Origin: Syntrophales bacterium
GTDB taxonomy: Bacteria > Desulfobacterota > Syntrophia > Syntrophales > UBA6807
DNA: 64,000 nucleotides
Assembly: GCA_040767195.1 (NCBI GenBank)
Contig: JAXGPA010000004.1
Location: forward strand, 173,738-237,737
Reading direction: 5' to 3'
This document shows positions 59,767 through 64,000 of the stretch, one piece after another; position 1 is the first letter of the stretch, and the number at the start of each line of letters is the position of its first letter. Under the pieces are notes generated by a model. It was not told where the DNA came from and searched no databases. It saw only the letters and a list, made by a program, of their open reading frames with translations. A program made the translations under genes and the position numbers.

Positions 59767-59793
59767 GGGCCGAGCCGTAAAAAGGAGCATCCA

Positions 59794-60075
59794 ATGACCA
59801 GCGGACCCAAGGAAATCAAGGTGAATTTCCCCCCCTCGCTCCACGGGGGGGTTTACGCGAACAACACCGTCATCACCCACACCAGGGAGGAGTTCATCCT
59901 GGATTTCATCATGGCGGCCCCGCCCGCCGGCTCCGTCACCGCCCGGGTCGTCGTGAGCCCCGGCCACGTGAAGCGCCTTTTAGCCACCCTGATGGAAAAC
60001 ATTTCCCGGTACGAGCAGAAATACGGGGAAATCCCCAAGGCGGAAGAACCCCCGGGGACGTTGCGGATCAATTGA
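59794..60075 (+). CDS. DUF3467 domain protein
   Basis: GVYANNTVITHTREEFILDF, ARVVVSPGHVKRL...L.ENI..YE.KYGEI. Confidence 0.85.
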   Translation: MTSGPKEIKVNFPPSLHGGVYANNTVITHTREEFILDFIMAAPPAGSVTARVVVSPGHVKRLLATLMENISRYEQKYGEIPKAEEPPGTLRIN

Positions 60076-60122
60076 CCCGGTTTCGCCGGGCCTTCCCGAT
60101 CCCAGGCAGGCGGGCTCAAAAA

Positions 60123-61067
60123 TCATCTTCCCGGGGATTCCCCCGGCGGGGGACGGAAAACCAGGGCCCGGACAGCGTGGTAATCCTCCCCGTCGATCCA
60201 GTGAATCTCTATTCCCCGCCTTTCCATCCGCCGGAACCAGGTCTCCTGGCGCTTGGCAAACTGGTGAATCCGGGTGTTCAGGACCTGAAACATCTCGTCA
60301 AGGGAAATCCGGCCCTGAAGATGGAGGCTGACCCACCGGTACTCGAGACCCAGCCGGTGAAGCTGTTCCCAGCTCACGCCGCTCCGGCGGAGGCCCCGCA
60401 CTTCCTCGATCATGCCCTCCCGGATCCGTTTTTCCAGCCGCCTTGTGATTCGCTTCCGGAGGACCGGCCGGTCCCAGCGCACCCCGATGACGAGGGGCCG
60501 GCTGACCGTTGCCGCGGGGTCTCCCGCCTCCCGTCCCTTTCCGGACCCTTCGGCAATTTCGATGGCCCGGATCAGTCGACCCCGATCCCGAAGATCCGTC
60601 GTATTGTGAAGGGCGGGGCGGAGAGCCAGGAGCCGCCTTTCCAGGGCGCCGTCATCAAGACCTTCCAGTTCCTCCCGAAGGGCTGGGTTTTCCGGGACTT
60701 CCGCGAGAGCGTAGTGGAGGAGAACCGATTCGAGATAAAGACCCGTCCCCCCCACGAGGACAGGAAGAACCCCCCTGGATCGCAGGCGTGTAAAGCAGGC
60801 CGTGAATCGCTTGCGGAATTCGAAAACACTGAACTCTTCCAGGGCCGGATCGGCGACGTCAATGAGATGGCAGGGAATCCTGCGCCCCTGGACGACGTAT
60901 TCCGACAGATCCTTCCCCGCTCCGATGTCGAGTCCCTGGTAAACCTGGCGGGAGTCGGCGGAAATGATCTCCGACCCAAGTTCGTAAGCGAGCCGCGCGG
61001 CGAGCCTGGTTTTTCCGGAGGCCGTCGGCCCGAGGATGACGATGAGATCCCAGGGTTCCCGGGTCAT
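60123..61067 (-). CDS. miaA: tRNA dimethylallyltransferase, copy 2 (MiaA paralogue)
   Basis: LGPTASGKT, ISADSRQVYQGLDIGAGKDL.EY, VGGTGLY, LHNTTD, GLEY, IHQFAKRQETWF. Confidence 0.9.
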   Translation of the reverse strand: MTREPWDLIVILGPTASGKTRLAARLAYELGSEIISADSRQVYQGLDIGAGKDLSEYVVQGRRIPCHLIDVADPALEEFSVFEFRKRFTACFTRLRSRGVLPVLVGGTGLYLESVLLHYALAEVPENPALREELEGLDDGALERRLLALRPALHNTTDLRDRGRLIRAIEIAEGSGKGREAGDPAATVSRPLVIGVRWDRPVLRKRITRRLEKRIREGMIEEVRGLRRSGVSWEQLHRLGLEYRWVSLHLQGRISLDEMFQVLNTRIHQFAKRQETWFRRMERRGIEIHWIDGEDYHAVRALVFRPPPGESPGR

Positions 61068-61104
61068 GGAAAGATTCGGGGGGTCGCTTTTCACGGACGC
61101 CTCG

Positions 61105-61938
61105 TCATCTCCTGATCTTCCGGATCCCTATGACATTCGGCACAAGAGGCAGGGCATACCCTTCGTCGCCTTCCAGAAAGGACAGTGTCGCCCGGTCCGG
61201 CATGTCTTCGGGAAGGTCGGCGATGAAAAGGCCGGCGTCCTGCCCGCCCTCCACGTACATGGCATTTCGAATGTTCAGGGGAAGCTCCAGGAGGTGTTCG
61301 GCGAACTCGTGGACATCCCGGGGCTGCCGGGAAAAAATGAAAAGAACCTGGCCGTCGTCGTCCATGGCGATGGCGGCGGCGCTGAACCGCCTTTCACCGG
61401 ACCGGCTCCGCCACGCGTTCCTGCCTTCCAGGGTGATAAGCCGGTAGTTCTGGACCACCGTCTCGTAGCGGCCGATCAGGTCCTGCCAGTCCTGGTGCTC
61501 CCGGTCCACGATCTGTACGGGGGGAAGACCCCCGTCCCGGGGGTTGAAGACCAGGAACGCGCCGAAACGGGCGTTGATCATCGCGTTGTTGACATGGTCG
61601 TAATTTTTCATGAAGCCCGTGCTTTTCCGGCCGTCTTCGAGATACATGCTCGCGTTGATCGCCCCGTCGAGGCCGAAGACGGCGCACCAGTCCCTGAGGG
61701 ACATGGCCTTTTTCCCCTCTTCGCTGGAGGACAGGAGTTTCAGCTCGTAGTAAAGGGGGTCGACTTTCAGAACGACGAGAAGATAAGGGGACGCCGGAAG
61801 TTCCCGGAACAGGGCCAGGGCGATCCCTTCATCCAGGGCCCGCCAGGGGGACTCGCCGCTCCGGCCGTCCGCCGCCGGAAAGAATGCCAGGAGGAGGACC
61901 CCCAGGAATGCCGCGACGCGACGAATGAGAGCTGTCAT
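61105..61938 (-). CDS. Exported phosphodiester glycosidase (NAGPA-like) family protein
   Basis: Signal peptide; AINASMY, VQNYRLI, AAAIAMD, AMYVEGG. Confidence 0.6.
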   Translation of the reverse strand: MTALIRRVAAFLGVLLLAFFPAADGRSGESPWRALDEGIALALFRELPASPYLLVVLKVDPLYYELKLLSSSEEGKKAMSLRDWCAVFGLDGAINASMYLEDGRKSTGFMKNYDHVNNAMINARFGAFLVFNPRDGGLPPVQIVDREHQDWQDLIGRYETVVQNYRLITLEGRNAWRSRSGERRFSAAAIAMDDDGQVLFIFSRQPRDVHEFAEHLLELPLNIRNAMYVEGGQDAGLFIADLPEDMPDRATLSFLEGDEGYALPLVPNVIGIRKIRR

Positions 61939-62078
61939 GGACACGACCGCCTTGAAGACGTTGGGATGTGGCCTTATTGTTGTCGAAAACGGCGCCCCGT
62001 GTCAACGATTCCCCCGGTTGTCTTCCCCCATGACATGGGCCTTCACCTGACCCGCCGGCTCTCTCGGAAAGAAGGGGG

Positions 62079-63341
62079 CTACGGGAACAGGGACCCGTCC
62101 GCGTCAAGACAGTGTATGAAAAGCCCGCTTTTCAGCTTGGGCTCGAACCAGGTGGACTTGGGAGGCATGATCTTGCCCCGGTCGGCCACGGCCATCAATT
62201 CTTCGATGGAGGTCGGGTAAAGGGCGAAGGCGACAGCGTAAGCTTCCGAATCGACGAGCCGTTCCAGTTCGCCAAGCCCCTTGCCGCCCCCGACAAAGAG
62301 GATGCGCCGGTCCGACCTGGGGTCTCCCACGGCCAATATGGGCCCGAGGAGTCTCTTCTGAAGGATGGAAACGTCGAGTCCGTCCACGATGTCCTCATCG
62401 GTGGCCGGTTTTTCCCGAAGCTCGAGAAGGTGCCATTTATTTCGGAAATACATCCCGAAGGTGTGGGGTGCCGGCGGGGCTTTCTCCCGTGCGGCCTTGC
62501 GAAGGGAAAACACCTTCCCGACCCTGTCCAGAAAATCGGCGTCGGAAAGCCCGTTCAGGTCCTTCACGACCCGGTTGTAATCCATTATTTTCATCTGGTC
62601 GTGGGGAAAGATGGCCGCCATGATGAAGTTGTACGCCTCATCCCCCCGGTGACGGGGATTTTTTTCCCGCCGCCGTTTTCCCACCGAGGCCGCCGCCGCC
62701 GCCCGGTGATGGCCGTCGGCGACGTAGAGGGCCTCGATCCTCCCGAAGGCTTCCCGGATCCGCGTGATTTCACCGTCATCGTCGATGACCCATGTGGTGT
62801 GCCGAATCCTGTCGGCCGTCTCAAAATCGTATTCGGGAACCCTGTCGGCGATCTCTCTCACCAGGCCGTCGATGGCACCGTCGGCCCGGTACGTGAGAAA
62901 AACCAGGCCGGTCTGGGCGTTCACCGTTTCGATGTGACGGGTCCTGTCAGCTTCCTTTTCCTTCAGGGTCAGCTCGTGTTTCCGGATTCTCCCGTGCTCG
63001 TATTCCTCCACGGGCACGCAGCCGACGATTCCGTGCTGCCGGTGTCTGCCCATCTGCTGGCGGTAGAGGAAAAGGCGGGGCTTCACATCCCGGCGGAAGA
63101 CATTTGCGTCTATCATTTTTTGGAGGTTATCCCGGGCTTTCAGGTAAACCTGTTCGTCCTCCGGCGGGTATTCGTCGGGAAAATCGATTTCCGATTTTAC
63201 GACATGAAGGAAGCTCAGGGGATTCCCTTCGGCCATTTTCCTGGCCTCCTCCCTTTCTATGACATCATAGGGGGGGCAGGCCACCTTGCCGACAAGGGAT
63301 TTCCGGGGACGAAAAGCCCTGAAGGGTCTGACGATACTCAT
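62079..63341 (-). CDS. DUF1015 family protein
   Basis: VRPFRA.RP, PPYDV, IRKHELT...KE.DR, YVADGHHR, YNRVV, MPPKSTWFEPKL.SGL. Confidence 0.9.
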   Translation of the reverse strand: MSIVRPFRAFRPRKSLVGKVACPPYDVIEREEARKMAEGNPLSFLHVVKSEIDFPDEYPPEDEQVYLKARDNLQKMIDANVFRRDVKPRLFLYRQQMGRHRQHGIVGCVPVEEYEHGRIRKHELTLKEKEADRTRHIETVNAQTGLVFLTYRADGAIDGLVREIADRVPEYDFETADRIRHTTWVIDDDGEITRIREAFGRIEALYVADGHHRAAAAASVGKRRREKNPRHRGDEAYNFIMAAIFPHDQMKIMDYNRVVKDLNGLSDADFLDRVGKVFSLRKAAREKAPPAPHTFGMYFRNKWHLLELREKPATDEDIVDGLDVSILQKRLLGPILAVGDPRSDRRILFVGGGKGLGELERLVDSEAYAVAFALYPTSIEELMAVADRGKIMPPKSTWFEPKLKSGLFIHCLDADGSLFP

Positions 63342-63501
63342 CGAGAAACTCCGCCATGGGAAAGATTGGCTTATTTAGCACAATATTGTCTTGTAAATCA
63401 ATCTCATTCGATTAGACGCCAGTCATTACGACCACACGAACCCCTTGATTTTATGACCGGGACCCGGTAAGTTTTCAGGAAACCCAAAGGAGGTGACGGC
63501 G

Positions 63502-63993
63502 TTGAACGCGAACAGGGTGTTCATCCACGGGCTCGAGAGCTCCTCCCAGGGCACGAAGGGGCTTTATTTTCAGGAACGGTATCCCGGAATGATCGTGGAG
63601 GATTTTCCCGGAACGTTCACGGAAAGAATGACAAAGATGGAAGGCCTCCTGGAGGGCAAAAGGGACCTCATTCTCGTGGGTTCGAGCTACGGTGGGCTCA
63701 TGGCGGCGGTCTTTGCCTGCCGTCACGAGGACAGGGTGAAAAAACTCGTCCTCCTGGCCCCGGCGATCCACCTGGACGAATTTGGTCCTTGCCTGAAAGG
63801 AAACCTTTCCGTCCCGACGGTGCTCATCCACGGAAGCGGGGACGACGTAGTCCCCCCGGGGCCGGTCCTTGAGCGGGCGGAAAAGGTTTTTTCCCGTCTC
63901 CGGTATGTGCTCCTGGAGGACGACCACTCCCTCCACGAAAACTTCCCCCTTCTCGACTGGGACGACCTCCTGGAAACCCGCGGAAACGGGTAA
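63502..63993 (+). CDS. Alpha/beta hydrolase (YqiA/UPF0227-like esterase)
   Basis: AGGAGG RBS before TTG 63502; FIHGLES, GSSYG nucleophile elbow, LLAPA, HG..DD, DDH. Confidence 0.85.
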   Translation: MNANRVFIHGLESSSQGTKGLYFQERYPGMIVEDFPGTFTERMTKMEGLLEGKRDLILVGSSYGGLMAAVFACRHEDRVKKLVLLAPAIHLDEFGPCLKGNLSVPTVLIHGSGDDVVPPGPVLERAEKVFSRLRYVLLEDDHSLHENFPLLDWDDLLETRGNG

Positions 63994-64000
63994 GAGACGG

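Overview
GC-rich, gene-dense bacterial chromosomal segment. The gene content (kdsD, class III RNR, two miaA paralogues, carD-PIN/TRAM-ispD-ispF-gltX) suggests an anaerobic diderm, plausibly a Desulfobacterota/Syntrophales-like organism; this is inference. Most of the window is housekeeping: dprA-topA-trmFO, valS-nadC-birA-coaX, mutL-miaA, pgk-truA-rfbD, an acyl-CoA carboxyltransferase, an EF-G paralogue, ligA, tsaD-rsmA, nadB, purB, and nrdDG with tandem NrdR boxes. Two accessory loci stand out. (1) A RiPP-like maturation operon at 54908-58951 (minus strand): PqqD/RRE, lasso-B2-type peptidase, radical SAM/SPASM enzyme, HprK-like kinase and nucleotidyltransferase. It has no lasso cyclase and no visible precursor, faces a DUF362 + B12-radical SAM pair, and is interrupted exactly at an ATGA coupling junction by a 167-bp palindromic MITE-like insertion. 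(2) An exported cell-envelope operon at 15751-21575: a DUF799-like/FN3/double beta-helix protein, a Tat-signal TPR-amidase, a TPR protein and an LPP20-like protein, with a TPR-SLH lipoprotein nearby. There is also a 101-bp duplicated element between convergent genes at about 35.7-35.95 kb. No rRNA, tRNA, CRISPR array or transposase was recognised. Family assignments come from motif recognition by eye, not from database searches.
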